Notes under the pieces: generated by a model
Database searches by the model: none
What the model was told of the DNA's origin: nothing
What the model saw: only the letters and a program-made list of their open reading frames with translations
Shown here: positions 1 through 9,204 of the stretch, in pieces
Layout of the letters: every line of letters begins with the position of its first letter
Numbering within the stretch: the first letter of the stretch is position 1
Origin: Patescibacteria group bacterium
Lineage (GTDB): Bacteria > Patescibacteriota > Minisyncoccia > UBA6257 > GWB1-50-10
DNA: 64,000 nt
Reading direction: 5' to 3'
Assembly: GCA_040757555.1 (NCBI GenBank)
Contig: JBFLWN010000001.1
Coordinates: forward strand, 53,128-117,127
Program-made: the position numbers and the translations under genes

Positions 1-977
1 TCAAACTCTATGCAACAGGAAATTTTAATGTTTATGATCTTGGCGATCTTCTCTATAAAAAGGGGCTACGGACCAAACGCGGAGAAAAGATTGCTCCAAG
101 TCGTTTGTACGATATGCTGAAAAACCGCGTTTATCTTGGGGAAATTGTCTGGGGTGGTATGCATATAAAAGATGGAAAACATCCGCCACTCATTGATGAG
201 GGAACGTTTTCTGCAGTTCAAAGTATGCTCTCAAGTCATTCACACCATGCGTGTAGACGAAGAAAATACTCGTGGCTTCTTAATGGTTTCCTATTTTGTC
301 CAGATCACGGAAGGAGATTTACCGCCGAATGGCACCTCGACAAAAAACTCGCATATTATCACTGTAGTAACAAACACGGATGTGGACGATATATAGAAGC
401 GTCGAAAATGGAGGAAATGGTATCAGATAAATTCAACGACATACAATTCACAGATGAATTTATAGAAATAGTTACTGAAAAAACAAAAAGAATATTTTAC
501 CGGAGCAAAAAGGAATATGAACGACAACGACAGGGATTTATAAACAGAAAAACCGCACTTGAAGCAAAACGAACATCCGCAGAAAATAAACTCTTTGAAA
601 ATATTATATCGGATGAAGATTTTTCAAGAATACGAAAAGAGATAAATAAGGAAATCGATATCATAGAAGGATCGCTTTCAGAATTAGCGGAGCGTTACGA
701 AATACAAGTTGATATTTGCCAAGAAATCATGCAATTTATGCGAGATATTCGATCCGCCTATGAAAGTGCCTCTCCGACATTAAAACGTCATTATCTGGCG
801 TTCTTCTGGGAAAGATTCGAAGTTCTTGACGGGGTTATAATAAAATCCGTTCCTTCCCTACTTGTTCGTGAACTTTTGAAGGAAAAACAGATATACCTCA
901 AAAAAGAAAATCCCCAATTATCTGGGAATTCTCTTATGTTTTCGGAGGTTATATTAAACTCCTCTCTGGGTGCCTGA
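1..977 (+). CDS. Large serine recombinase, C-terminal part (recombinase domain + zinc-ribbon + coiled coil); 5' end truncated by window edge
   Basis: Frame stays open to position 3; 'YDMLKNRVYLGE' recombinase-domain motif, C-x2-C...HC...C zinc ribbon, long coiled coil. Stop codon lies inside the 3' end of tRNA-His. Confidence 0.7.
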   Translation, partial: KLYATGNFNVYDLGDLLYKKGLRTKRGEKIAPSRLYDMLKNRVYLGEIVWGGMHIKDGKHPPLIDEGTFSAVQSMLSSHSHHACRRRKYSWLLNGFLFCPDHGRRFTAEWHLDKKLAYYHCSNKHGCGRYIEASKMEEMVSDKFNDIQFTDEFIEIVTEKTKRIFYRSKKEYERQRQGFINRKTALEAKRTSAENKLFENIISDEDFSRIRKEINKEIDIIEGSLSELAERYEIQVDICQEIMQFMRDIRSAYESASPTLKRHYLAFFWERFEVLDGVIIKSVPSLLVRELLKEKQIYLKKENPQLSGNSLMFSEVILNSSLGA

Positions 978-1041
978 CGGGGGTCGAACCCGCGACATCT
1001 CGCTCCACAGGCGAGCGCTCTACCACTGAGCTACAGGCACC
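969..1041 (-). tRNA. tRNA-His (GTG) with encoded G-1
   Basis: Cloverleaf read by hand; anticodon loop CTGTGGA; extra 5' G pairs with C73. Confidence 0.85.
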
Positions 1042-1134
1042 ATGCGTTCTGCCTACGGCAGAGAATTTCTAACGTCTAATTTTAAAATTATAAATGAAAA
1101 ATAAGACAAATTCAGAATACAATTTTTTCTACTT

Positions 1135-1539
1135 TTATTCAACCTTAGATGTTTTTGCATCTCTTCGAGACTTCTTTTTTTGATAACGAAGACGTTTACG
1201 ATGGAGACGCTCCTCTATCGAGCCTTGATGGGGCCCCGTGGGAATACGAGGTTTCTCTTCGTGAAGCGCCTCTTCAATCAACTCATTTAATTTTTCAATT
1301 GCCCGATCTCTATTTTGTTCTTGCGCCCGCTCTTCATCACTTTCTGTCTCAAGTTCGTCTCGTTCGTTTATCTTATTCGCAAGTTTAATTCTTATTTTCT
1401 TTTTTTTCGCTTCCGAGATATCCAGATCATTGATATTCACCCATGCCTGTATGCGCGTTGATCGTTTATTTACGTTTTGTCCACCGGGACCACTTGATCG
1501 TGATGTTTTTATTTTTATATTTTCATTATTTACAAACAT
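1135..1539 (-). CDS. arfB: Peptidyl-tRNA hydrolase ArfB/ICT1 family (alternative ribosome rescue factor)
   Basis: GGQ motif 'SGPGGQNVNK', basic C-terminal tail; start placed at internal Met (MFVNNENIK). Confidence 0.75.
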   Translation of the reverse strand: MFVNNENIKIKTSRSSGPGGQNVNKRSTRIQAWVNINDLDISEAKKKKIRIKLANKINERDELETESDEERAQEQNRDRAIEKLNELIEEALHEEKPRIPTGPHQGSIEERLHRKRLRYQKKKSRRDAKTSKVE

Positions 1540-1597
1540 ATTGCTAAAAACTTCCAATATAAAAATTATACGGTATAATGGGTACGTGGACAATTTA

Positions 1598-2248
1598 ATG
1601 GAGATTGTGGGTTCGTGGATTTTACAAAATCCAACGTGGACCGATGCAATTTTAGGCATAAGCATGATTATTCAAGGAGAACTTACCATTCTCCTTGCTA
1701 TGTATTTGGCAATTAGTGGCAAAATAACGTGGCTTCAGTTTGTTGTACCAACCCTCGGCGCAATTATGTTCGCTGAGGTATTTATTTATCTTATCGGAAA
1801 GAATATCCGCAATACCCGATTCGGATGGAGACTTTCAAAAAAAATGAAAGGAAATAAAAGAGTGCAAACGTACACCTACTATCTGAAACAAAATATGACA
1901 AAACTACTAATTATTACAAAATTTATCCCCGCAACGAATCTTATGATTATGAGCCTTATTGGATGGACAAGAACGAAATTTAAAGATTTTTTTCCTTCAT
2001 ATATAAAAAGTCTTTTAGTGTGGTTTTTGAGCATGACTGTTGTTGCCTATTTCCTTATGTCGGGACTCCACTACTTAAGCTCCACAAAGGTATTTAAACA
2101 GGCTGAAATCGGAATTGTAGTGATTTTTGTGCTTATTTTTGCGGGGGAACATATTTTGAGCAAACTCTTCAAAAAATACACTTCGATTGAGGAAAAAGCG
2201 GAACTTATCGGAGAATCAGTCGAAGAAAAATTCGAAGAAAAAGGATAA
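1598..2248 (+). CDS. Integral membrane protein, DedA/SNARE-associated-like (putative)
   Basis: Multi-TM hydrophobic profile; -10 TATAAT at 1574-1579; start at MEIVGS. Confidence 0.4.
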   Translation: MEIVGSWILQNPTWTDAILGISMIIQGELTILLAMYLAISGKITWLQFVVPTLGAIMFAEVFIYLIGKNIRNTRFGWRLSKKMKGNKRVQTYTYYLKQNMTKLLIITKFIPATNLMIMSLIGWTRTKFKDFFPSYIKSLLVWFLSMTVVAYFLMSGLHYLSSTKVFKQAEIGIVVIFVLIFAGEHILSKLFKKYTSIEEKAELIGESVEEKFEEKG

Positions 2249-2260
2249 TAAAACAAAAAA

Positions 2261-2290
2261 TCCCCAGAATTTCTGGGGATTTTTTTATTT
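2261..2290. terminator. Bidirectional rho-independent terminator
   Basis: tccccagaa/ttctgggga hairpin flanked by A-run and T-run between convergent genes. Confidence 0.7.
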
Positions 2291-3268
2291 TTTACGATCG
2301 GGAATTCTCAAGAGAAAATTTCCTTTTGGAATTCCACTTTTGTTCTTGATATGAGTGTTTGCTCGGGTAAGTTCTTTGAGCGAAATATCATGTCCATTGT
2401 TTCGTAATTCCGACAAGAAAACTTTCCATGGGGTAAACTTCGAAAAATACTTTTCAATCACCACCATCTTGGGCCCCCCATAAGTTACTCCCTCTACAAA
2501 TCCATAGTGTTCTGGATTTTCAAGTATGAGCTTCAAGGCAATCATACATGGAATATATCGCTCGGTCTCACGGGGAAGTGAAAATAATTTGAAATATGAC
2601 TTTTCGCCGTCGGTGTGTATTGCCTTCCATATCCTTCCTGGACCCGCATTATAACTTGCGAGTGCAAACCACCAACTTTCCTCTTCACTGAATGTCTTTC
2701 GAAATTCTTGATAAAGGGTTTTCATCTCACTACACGATGCACGTGTCGCGCTCTCGAGTTGTCGTCTTTCATCAATATTATTATCCACCTTCAATCCATT
2801 ATGAATCGCAGTGCTCCGTATAAATTGCCAAAACCCCGTTGCACCCTTTGACGAAACGGCATTTGAATTGAATCCGGATTCTCCGATGCCCACAAATTTC
2901 ATATCAGTCGGCACTCCTTCTTCTTTAAATATTGGATCAATAATTGGTGAATACTCCTTAAGAAGACCGAGATATGAAACTATTCTCCATCTGTTTTTTG
3001 TGTTGGTAAAAAACCGTATCCATTCATCGGTATCTTCCCAAACGCCAAATACCTCAAATGGGACTCGCCCGCCAAAAAAGTAAACCGTATCGGGAATATA
3101 GGGAAAATCTGGAACAGGAAGCGGTGATTTAATACTTTGAATCTGAGCATATACATCTCCGTATCGCTTGTTGTTCTCAACTTTTGTGTCTATAACCAAA
3201 AAAAGAATAAAACACAAAACGAACACGAAAAGATATTTCGGCATTCCTCGTGTATTCGGTGCCATCAT
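2285..3268 (-). CDS. Lytic transglycosylase (SLT domain), membrane anchored
   Basis: N-terminal TM; 'ALASYNAGPGRI' SLT signature. Confidence 0.7.
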   Translation of the reverse strand: MMAPNTRGMPKYLFVFVLCFILFLVIDTKVENNKRYGDVYAQIQSIKSPLPVPDFPYIPDTVYFFGGRVPFEVFGVWEDTDEWIRFFTNTKNRWRIVSYLGLLKEYSPIIDPIFKEEGVPTDMKFVGIGESGFNSNAVSSKGATGFWQFIRSTAIHNGLKVDNNIDERRQLESATRASCSEMKTLYQEFRKTFSEEESWWFALASYNAGPGRIWKAIHTDGEKSYFKLFSLPRETERYIPCMIALKLILENPEHYGFVEGVTYGGPKMVVIEKYFSKFTPWKVFLSELRNNGHDISLKELTRANTHIKNKSGIPKGNFLLRIPDRKK

Positions 3269-3331
3269 TATTTCTCCTTTGAAAGTTAATTTTCTACTTT
3301 CAGAGTAATAAAAACACCCAATGAATACAAG

Positions 3332-3679
3332 TTAACTCCGTATGTTATTTATCTTCGCTGCAAGTATAAAATCATTTTCCGAAAGCCCTCCAATCGCATG
3401 TGTCCAAAGCTCAATCTGCACCTTATTGTAGAAAACATGGAGATCCGGATGGTGTCCTTCTTTTTCTGCAATTTCCGCAATATTATTTACAAATTGTATC
3501 GCCTGTAAAAAATCGGGAAGTGTAAATTCTTTTGAAATCTTTTTCCCTTCTTCAACCATATTCCATCCCAATACCTCAGCCAAATATTTCTGCGACTCCT
3601 CTTTCGTCATAGGTTTTATTCCCCCCTCGCATGGCACACATTTTTTGTTTAATAGATCCATGGAATTAGTATAGATCAT
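3332..3679 (-). CDS. phhB: Pterin-4a-carbinolamine dehydratase (PCD/DCoH)
   Basis: 'EGHHPD' motif; ~110 aa; start may be at 3661 (MDLLNKK). Confidence 0.75.
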   Translation of the reverse strand: MIYTNSMDLLNKKCVPCEGGIKPMTKEESQKYLAEVLGWNMVEEGKKISKEFTLPDFLQAIQFVNNIAEIAEKEGHHPDLHVFYNKVQIELWTHAIGGLSENDFILAAKINNIRS

Positions 3680-3713
3680 ATTGTATTAAGTATTAAACAC
3701 TTATTACTAACAG

Positions 3714-3941
3714 AAAATCCGCCGAATGGCGGATTCTTTTGTGCCGCGGGGGTGAATCGCCCGCGACTCAAATACTCGCCGTCGCTCGTATTTGGTCTGG
3801 GCACCACCTCGCGGTGTAATGTGCTCATTACACAACGCTCCGGTGTTCGATTTACCACACACACACAAAGCAGTTTGTGTGCTCCCCGACAAAACAAAAT
3901 CCGCCGAATGGCGGATTCTTTTGTGCCGCGGGGGTGAATCG
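3714..3941 (-). repeat. tRNA-Phe-linked mini-element B: 136-bp structured core bounded by perfect 46-bp direct repeats (3714-3759, 3896-3941) = last 18 nt of tRNA-Phe + trailer hairpin
   Basis: Direct sequence comparison; core homologous to elements at 40.7 kb and 47.7 kb. Confidence 0.8.
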
Positions 3942-3995
3942 AACACCCGACGCCAGCCTCTTCAGGGCTGCGCTCTACCACTGAGCTACCGCGGC
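3924..3995 (-). tRNA. tRNA-Phe (GAA)
   Basis: Cloverleaf; anticodon loop CTGAAGA. Confidence 0.9.
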
Positions 3996-4124
3996 ATTTC
4001 AATTGTCAATTTCTACATATTCGAGAATACCATACACATTTTTGTTTTTCAATTACCGACGAAAATTCATTTATTTAGTGCAACAATTAATGTTATACTT
4101 AAAAAACAATACAGGTTATAGATC

Positions 4125-4823
4125 ATGGAACAAAAAAACAAACAACCCGTTCTCACGGTAGAAGATCTCTCCCTTGTGATCGACGGAAAGAAAATACTGA
4201 AGGATATTTCATTTTCTATAATCCCGGAAGAAGTACTCGCCATTATCGGACCCAACGGATCCGGAAAATCTATGCTTCTCAAAACTCTTGTGGGTATCCG
4301 CACCCCAACATCAGGAACCATCACGTGGGCGCCCAATACGAAAGTTGGATATCTTCCTCAACGATTTCAAGTCGATCATTATCTCCCGATGACTATAGAA
4401 GAATTTCTATCGCTCAAAAAAAATCCTGAATATTCACTAAGTGAAGTTTTTTCACTTGTAAAAATAGAAAAGGGGTGGCGCACGAAAAATCTCGCCCATC
4501 TTTCAAGTGGACAATTGCAAAAAATACTTCTCGCATGGGCGGTTATTGATAAACCAGAGATACTTCTTTTTGATGAACCGATGGAAAATGTCGATATTGC
4601 TGGGCAAGAATCGATTTATCGTCTTCTTTATGAACTCCAGGAGACGCTCCATGTCGCCCTTGTTATCGTTTCACATGATTTAAATCTCGTGTATCGCTAT
4701 GCCGACCAAGTGCTTTGTCTCAACCAAAAAATGCTCTGCTACGGGGCACCACATGATGAACTTACCGAAAAAAGGATAAAAGAACTATTCGACACCCATA
4801 CACTTTTCCATCATACCCACTAA
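4125..4823 (+). CDS. Metal (Zn/Mn-type) ABC transporter ATP-binding protein
   Basis: Walker A GPNGSGKS, signature LSSGQ, Walker B LLFDEP. Confidence 0.8.
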   Translation: MEQKNKQPVLTVEDLSLVIDGKKILKDISFSIIPEEVLAIIGPNGSGKSMLLKTLVGIRTPTSGTITWAPNTKVGYLPQRFQVDHYLPMTIEEFLSLKKNPEYSLSEVFSLVKIEKGWRTKNLAHLSSGQLQKILLAWAVIDKPEILLFDEPMENVDIAGQESIYRLLYELQETLHVALVIVSHDLNLVYRYADQVLCLNQKMLCYGAPHDELTEKRIKELFDTHTLFHHTH

Positions 4824-4826
4824 TTT

Positions 4827-5597
4827 ATGACTGACTATTTTATTTACACGCTTATCTCCGGTGCATTTGTCGCTATTGCGAGCGGACTTATTGGTTCGTT
4901 TCTTGTGTTAAAAAAAATGACGCTTATGAGCGACGCACTTTCACACGTCGCGCTTCCCGGTATCGCGCTCGGAGTAATTTTCAAGTTTGAACCAATCATC
5001 GGAGGCCTCTTATTCCTCTTCCTCTCGATTATTCTCATCTGGGGAATAGAAAACAAGACAAAACTCGCCACCGAATCGATTACCGGCGTTCTTTTTGTGA
5101 CTGCACTTGCGGTAGGTTCAATACTCATCAGTGAAACAGAACTTCTCGAAGCGTTTTTTGGAAATGTCGAAGATATTTCTCCTCTACAACTCCTTATTCA
5201 AACAATTATCGCAATTGGGATTATTGGTATTGTCGCAAAGAATTTCAAGTCACTTATGCTCGTTTCTATCGCTCCCGATCTCACCTACTCCGAAAAAATA
5301 TCGCGAACAAAACTAGAACTCCTTCTCCTTGTTCTCATTGCACTCACCATTTCGATTGGAATTGGTTTCGTGGGAGTGCTCCTTATGAGCGCACTTTCAA
5401 TCATTCCTGCCGTTACTGCGCGGAATCTCTCAAGAAATCTCAAGATGTATATATGGTGGAGTATGTTTATCGCAACTCTATCACTCATCGGAGGAATAAT
5501 CATTTCACACTTCACCCAATCAATGAATCCCGGTGTTGCCACTGTCCTTATTAGTACATTCTTCTTTTTGATAAGTCTCTTCGGAATAAGAAAATAA
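4827..5597 (+). CDS. ABC-3 family metal transporter permease (ZnuB-like)
   Basis: 8 predicted TM segments, adjacent to ATPase; terminator hairpin 5607-5632. Confidence 0.7.
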   Translation: MTDYFIYTLISGAFVAIASGLIGSFLVLKKMTLMSDALSHVALPGIALGVIFKFEPIIGGLLFLFLSIILIWGIENKTKLATESITGVLFVTALAVGSILISETELLEAFFGNVEDISPLQLLIQTIIAIGIIGIVAKNFKSLMLVSIAPDLTYSEKISRTKLELLLLVLIALTISIGIGFVGVLLMSALSIIPAVTARNLSRNLKMYIWWSMFIATLSLIGGIIISHFTQSMNPGVATVLISTFFFLISLFGIRK

Positions 5598-5635
5598 AAA
5601 AATACCCTTACTTTTCTGTAGGGTATTTTATTCTT

Positions 5636-5854
5636 TTAATCTTCTGATTCTTGGGGTCTTTCTTTTTTTACAAAACACTTCTTTCTTGTGCATTTAAATT
5701 CCTCTTTTCCTCTGTACGGAACACCCGTGTGGCGCTTATTATGTTCTCTTTCAATAAGTTTTGTGAGAAATTCCTCAATAGGTATTTCATCTTCATTCGC
5801 AAGATTTGTTACCAATTCGGCGATTTTTCCGGTAAGTACAATGCTCTCTGCCAT
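5636..5854 (-). CDS. Hypothetical small protein
   Basis: ORF only; start set at internal Met (MAESIVL) because longer ORF runs into the tRNA. Confidence 0.3.
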   Translation of the reverse strand: MAESIVLTGKIAELVTNLANEDEIPIEEFLTKLIEREHNKRHTGVPYRGKEEFKCTRKKCFVKKERPQESED

Positions 5855-5955
5855 TGATACCTCCTTTTTATTATTGATAATTCTGAAAAAACTATACTCC
5901 AAACAAAAGGGGAAAACAATAAACACCGCAAGAATGCGGTGTTTATTGTTTTTTG

Positions 5956-6027
5956 TACCCCGAGCAGGAATCGAACCCACATTAAGGCCTTAGAAGAGCC
6001 CTGTTCTATCCATTGAACTATCGGGGC
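5956..6027 (-). tRNA. tRNA-Arg (TCT)
   Basis: Cloverleaf; anticodon loop CTTCTAA; terminator hairpin directly 3'. Confidence 0.8.
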
Positions 6028-6097
6028 AGCACATCTCTAACTTTCGCAAAAAAAAGAGAAAACTGCAAGAAAATCTTTTTGTCTTCCGTTTTTAGTC

Positions 6098-7261
6098 TTA
6101 CCTCAGCTCTGCGCCAAATTGAGATGCGGTTTCTTTATAAAGCGTATCCTGAATTTTATCAACTTCTTCGGACACTAATGTGCGATCGCTCGCGCGATAC
6201 ACCGCACGAAATGTGTAGCTTACACGATTCGGTCCAAATTTTTTTTCATCTTCATATTTATCGAGTAATTGAACCTCCTCAACAAGATCGCCTCCAATAT
6301 CCCGAATCACGTCATAATATTGATTCACAAAAAAATCTTTTCCGACAACGAATGAAATATCTCTTGTGATCGGAGGAAACTTACTCACCTCTTTATATTT
6401 ATTTCCGAGCACCAACTGTTTTATCACGCGTGGATCCTCCGAACGCAACAAACGAATATCAGGAAGTTCCATACTCACAATTGCGAGTCGTTCCGCACCA
6501 AATCCAAACGCCCATCCCGAATATTGTTTCGGATCAACCCCGAGTTTCTCGAGCACCACGGGACGCACCATCCCCCCTCCCAACACCTCAATCCACTGCC
6601 CATTTCTTTCGATTTCCATTTCGACACTCGGATCCGTATAGGGAAATGTATCCTCATTAAAACGGAATTTAATATCTTCTCCAAAGATTGCTTTTGCGAT
6701 TTTTCCAAGAATATTTTTTAATTCATCAAACGGCACTATTTTGTCGCTTGTGGGATGTAAATACCATCCGTCGATTTGATGAAAGACATTCAAATGAAAT
6801 CGATCGATTTCGTCCTTGCGATACACCTTCCCGTACGACAGCGAACCGAGTGGTTGATTGTTTTTTATCCTCTCCTGTATCTCTTTTGATTTCACGTAGT
6901 AATACCACATGATAGTCGTGTGAGTGCGGAGAATATATTCATCATTCACAAAATAGGTGTCCGATGCGCTCCGAGCCGGATGTTCGGGAGGAAAATTAAA
7001 CAAATCGAAACTTTGATCCGCGCGGACAATTTCGGGAACCTGAATATGATCAAAATTTTTAAATTCGGGGATACCAAAAATACGCGTTGCAACTTCACAT
7101 ATCGGGTGTCCTTGGGCGCGTGTTTGATCGGAAAGTGCAAGAAAGCGTGTTAAACGCATACTATCCGCATCATCCTTTTTTTTGAGCTCCTCACGTAACC
7201 GCGCTTCCTCGGGCGAAGTTATATTTAAACGAAGTTTTGGTAAATTTTCGTAGAATTCCAT
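6098..7261 (-). CDS. pheS: Phenylalanine--tRNA ligase, single-chain form: PheS catalytic domain fused to C-terminal FDX-ACB anticodon-binding domain
   Basis: 'FPPEHPARSASDTYF' and 'GWAFGFGAERLA' class-II PheS motifs; ~90-aa C-terminal ferredoxin-fold extension; no pheT adjacent. Confidence 0.8.
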   Translation of the reverse strand: MEFYENLPKLRLNITSPEEARLREELKKKDDADSMRLTRFLALSDQTRAQGHPICEVATRIFGIPEFKNFDHIQVPEIVRADQSFDLFNFPPEHPARSASDTYFVNDEYILRTHTTIMWYYYVKSKEIQERIKNNQPLGSLSYGKVYRKDEIDRFHLNVFHQIDGWYLHPTSDKIVPFDELKNILGKIAKAIFGEDIKFRFNEDTFPYTDPSVEMEIERNGQWIEVLGGGMVRPVVLEKLGVDPKQYSGWAFGFGAERLAIVSMELPDIRLLRSEDPRVIKQLVLGNKYKEVSKFPPITRDISFVVGKDFFVNQYYDVIRDIGGDLVEEVQLLDKYEDEKKFGPNRVSYTFRAVYRASDRTLVSEEVDKIQDTLYKETASQFGAELR

Positions 7262-7475
7262 ATAAATAAAAACCCTCTTTGTACAAGGGGTTCAAATTAC
7301 TAATAAGAATGAGAAAAGAACCCCCTTATGGGCTAAGTAAAGAAAAATCTAAAGAATTTCTTTGCGACTTTTTTCATTGTAGAAATAGTATACACAATTC
7401 ATCTCGGAGAATCAAACTTTGTTTGCTATCTCCATACTCATTGCAAAAAGGAGTCTTTTTCTGTTATTATGGTTC

Positions 7476-7547
7476 CGCGGGGAAGAGTAACGGTTGCTCG
7501 CAAGGCTCATAACCTTGAGGTAGTAGGTTCAATTCCTGCCCCCGCAA
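7476..7547 (+). tRNA. Initiator tRNA-fMet (CAT)
   Basis: C1:A72 mismatch, CGCGGGG...CCCCGCAA ends closely match E. coli tRNAfMet. Confidence 0.85.
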
Positions 7548-7591
7548 CAAAAAATAATATAAAGGTCATTTTGTAAAAAACAATATATAAC

Positions 7592-8041
7592 ATGTCTTAC
7601 GAAAAAATAGAGGACACCGATGTATTAGAAGAAAATGATGTGGTGGAAAAAGAAAAAACCGAAGGAGAAAATGATGGATTATACGAAATTTCGGTTGAAA
7701 AACACAATAAAGATCAATTTGGAGCATTTGCACAAAGAAAGGAATTAAGGGTTTCGGGAAATCAACTTGATGCACATTATTCTGACCAAACTCCGGATGA
7801 AGTAAACGAGGCAATGGATAACCTCATTGAAGAGGGTGAAGAGGACGGAGGCGAGACATCAGACGAGTTAATTTCCAAAAATAAAAACTTCATTGAGGGA
7901 AAAACTGGAAAAAAAATTGCCGGAATAAAAGCAAAATATTTTATCACAAACGAGCAGTGGAAAAATATGGATGAAAACGAAAGGAAGGAACTCCTTAAGA
8001 AGAAACAAGAAGAAATTAATAATTTGTACATAAAAAAATAA
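7592..8041 (+). CDS. Hypothetical acidic (Glu/Asp-rich) protein
   Basis: ORF with RBS-like context; low complexity. Confidence 0.4.
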   Translation: MSYEKIEDTDVLEENDVVEKEKTEGENDGLYEISVEKHNKDQFGAFAQRKELRVSGNQLDAHYSDQTPDEVNEAMDNLIEEGEEDGGETSDELISKNKNFIEGKTGKKIAGIKAKYFITNEQWKNMDENERKELLKKKQEEINNLYIKK

Positions 8042-8066
8042 GATAGGAGGAAATATTCCTCCTTAT

Positions 8067-8139
8067 GGCGGAGTAGCTCAGTGGTTAGAGCGAGCGCTTC
8101 ATAAGCGTTAGGCCGTGGGTTCAATTCCCACCTCCGCTA
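8067..8139 (+). tRNA. tRNA-Met or tRNA-Ile2 (CAT), elongator
   Basis: Cloverleaf; anticodon loop TTCATAA; Met vs lysidine-Ile not distinguishable from sequence. Confidence 0.8.
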
Positions 8140-8193
8140 CGGAGTAATCCAAATTGCAAAAAAATATACTGATTGATACACTAAATGAAGCTT

Positions 8194-8267
8194 GCGGGTG
8201 TAGCTCAGCTGGTTAGAGCGTCCGCCTGTCACGCGGAAGGTCGCCGGTTCAAGTCCGGTCGCCCGCG
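8194..8267 (+). tRNA. tRNA-Asp (GTC)
   Basis: Cloverleaf; anticodon loop CTGTCAC. Confidence 0.85.
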
Positions 8268-8479
8268 CAAGCAAATATAGAACTGTCCTAAATGGGCAGT
8301 TTTATATTTATTCTGTACGACTGGACTTGAACGGGAAAGGGGTCGGGAAAACGGAAGTTTTCCCGTGGTGGAGCACATGAACCGCTAGGTTCATGAGAGT
8401 GATATTATTCAATATCGCGATGTGAAATGTCCTCGCCCGCGCAAGCAAATATAGAACTGTCCTAAATGGGCAGTTTTAT
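8259..8479 (+). repeat. tRNA-Asp-linked mini-element D: 127-bp core bounded by 47-bp direct repeats (8259-8305, 8433-8479) = tRNA-Asp acceptor 3' strand + trailer hairpin
   Basis: Direct comparison; core homologous to element E at 45.2 kb including two hairpins with compensatory changes. Confidence 0.8.
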
Positions 8480-8514
8480 TTGAAAAATATCAAAAATCGA
8501 GTAAAGTCAGAAAT

Positions 8515-9204
8515 ATGAAGGCAATTATTCTAGCGGCGGGAGAGGGAGCTCGCATGCGTCCACTCACCCTCACTACACCAAAACCACTTGTAACTGTTGG
8601 CGGAATTTCATTGCTTCATCACCTTATTGAAAAATTTCCCCCTCATATAAATGAAATTATTCTTGTTGTTGGGTATCTCGGAGACAAAATAAAAGAAATA
8701 ATAGGAGATGAATATCTCGGAAAAAAAGTTACTTATGTTACACAAACAGAACGATTGGGTAATTTTCACGCATTGAAGTTGTGTGAACCATATCTTAATG
8801 AAGATGAATCATTTTGTATTTTTTTCGCGGATGATCTTATTGATAAAAAAACAATTGAAGATCTTCTCGCTCATGAGCTTTCGGTTGCAGTACACACCAT
8901 AGAGGACCCAAGGAAATTTGGTGTTGCAATTACCGATGAACATATGCACATCAAAGAAATAGAAGAAAAACCCGAACACCCAAAATCACGTCTTGCAGTA
9001 ACAAATGGGATGGTACTTAACAAAAAAATATTTTTATATCCTCCAGAGCCCCATGCAAATGGTGAGTTTTATCTCTCTGTCGCCGTGCATAACATGGCAA
9101 AAGAACACAACATAAAAGCAGTTATCGGAAACTTCTGGTTTCCCGTTGCAACACCAGAAGATATTTTAAAAGCTGAAGAAATACTTCGAGAAAAAGAAAA
9201 TTAG
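8515..9204 (+). CDS. Sugar-phosphate nucleotidyltransferase (NTP_transferase fold)
   Basis: 'KAIILAAGEGARMRPLT' N-terminal NTP-transferase motif. Confidence 0.7.
   Translation: MKAIILAAGEGARMRPLTLTTPKPLVTVGGISLLHHLIEKFPPHINEIILVVGYLGDKIKEIIGDEYLGKKVTYVTQTERLGNFHALKLCEPYLNEDESFCIFFADDLIDKKTIEDLLAHELSVAVHTIEDPRKFGVAITDEHMHIKEIEEKPEHPKSRLAVTNGMVLNKKIFLYPPEPHANGEFYLSVAVHNMAKEHNIKAVIGNFWFPVATPEDILKAEEILREKEN

Noticed and set aside
1149-1388. 79-aa plus-strand ORF inside arfB
   Set aside because: Antisense to a motif-supported gene (GGQ).
3676-4121. Several 60-110-aa ORFs (3676-4002, 3707-3946, 3752-3937, 3792-4121) across the tRNA-Phe / element B region
   Set aside because: They overlap a well-folded tRNA and the repeat element on both strands, have no RBS, and are Arg/Cys-rich from GC-rich structured DNA. 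Treated as spurious.
8067-8139. Calling the second CAT tRNA specifically as tRNA-Ile2 (lysidine)
   Set aside because: Met and k2C-Ile cannot be separated by eye. Left as Met/Ile(CAT).
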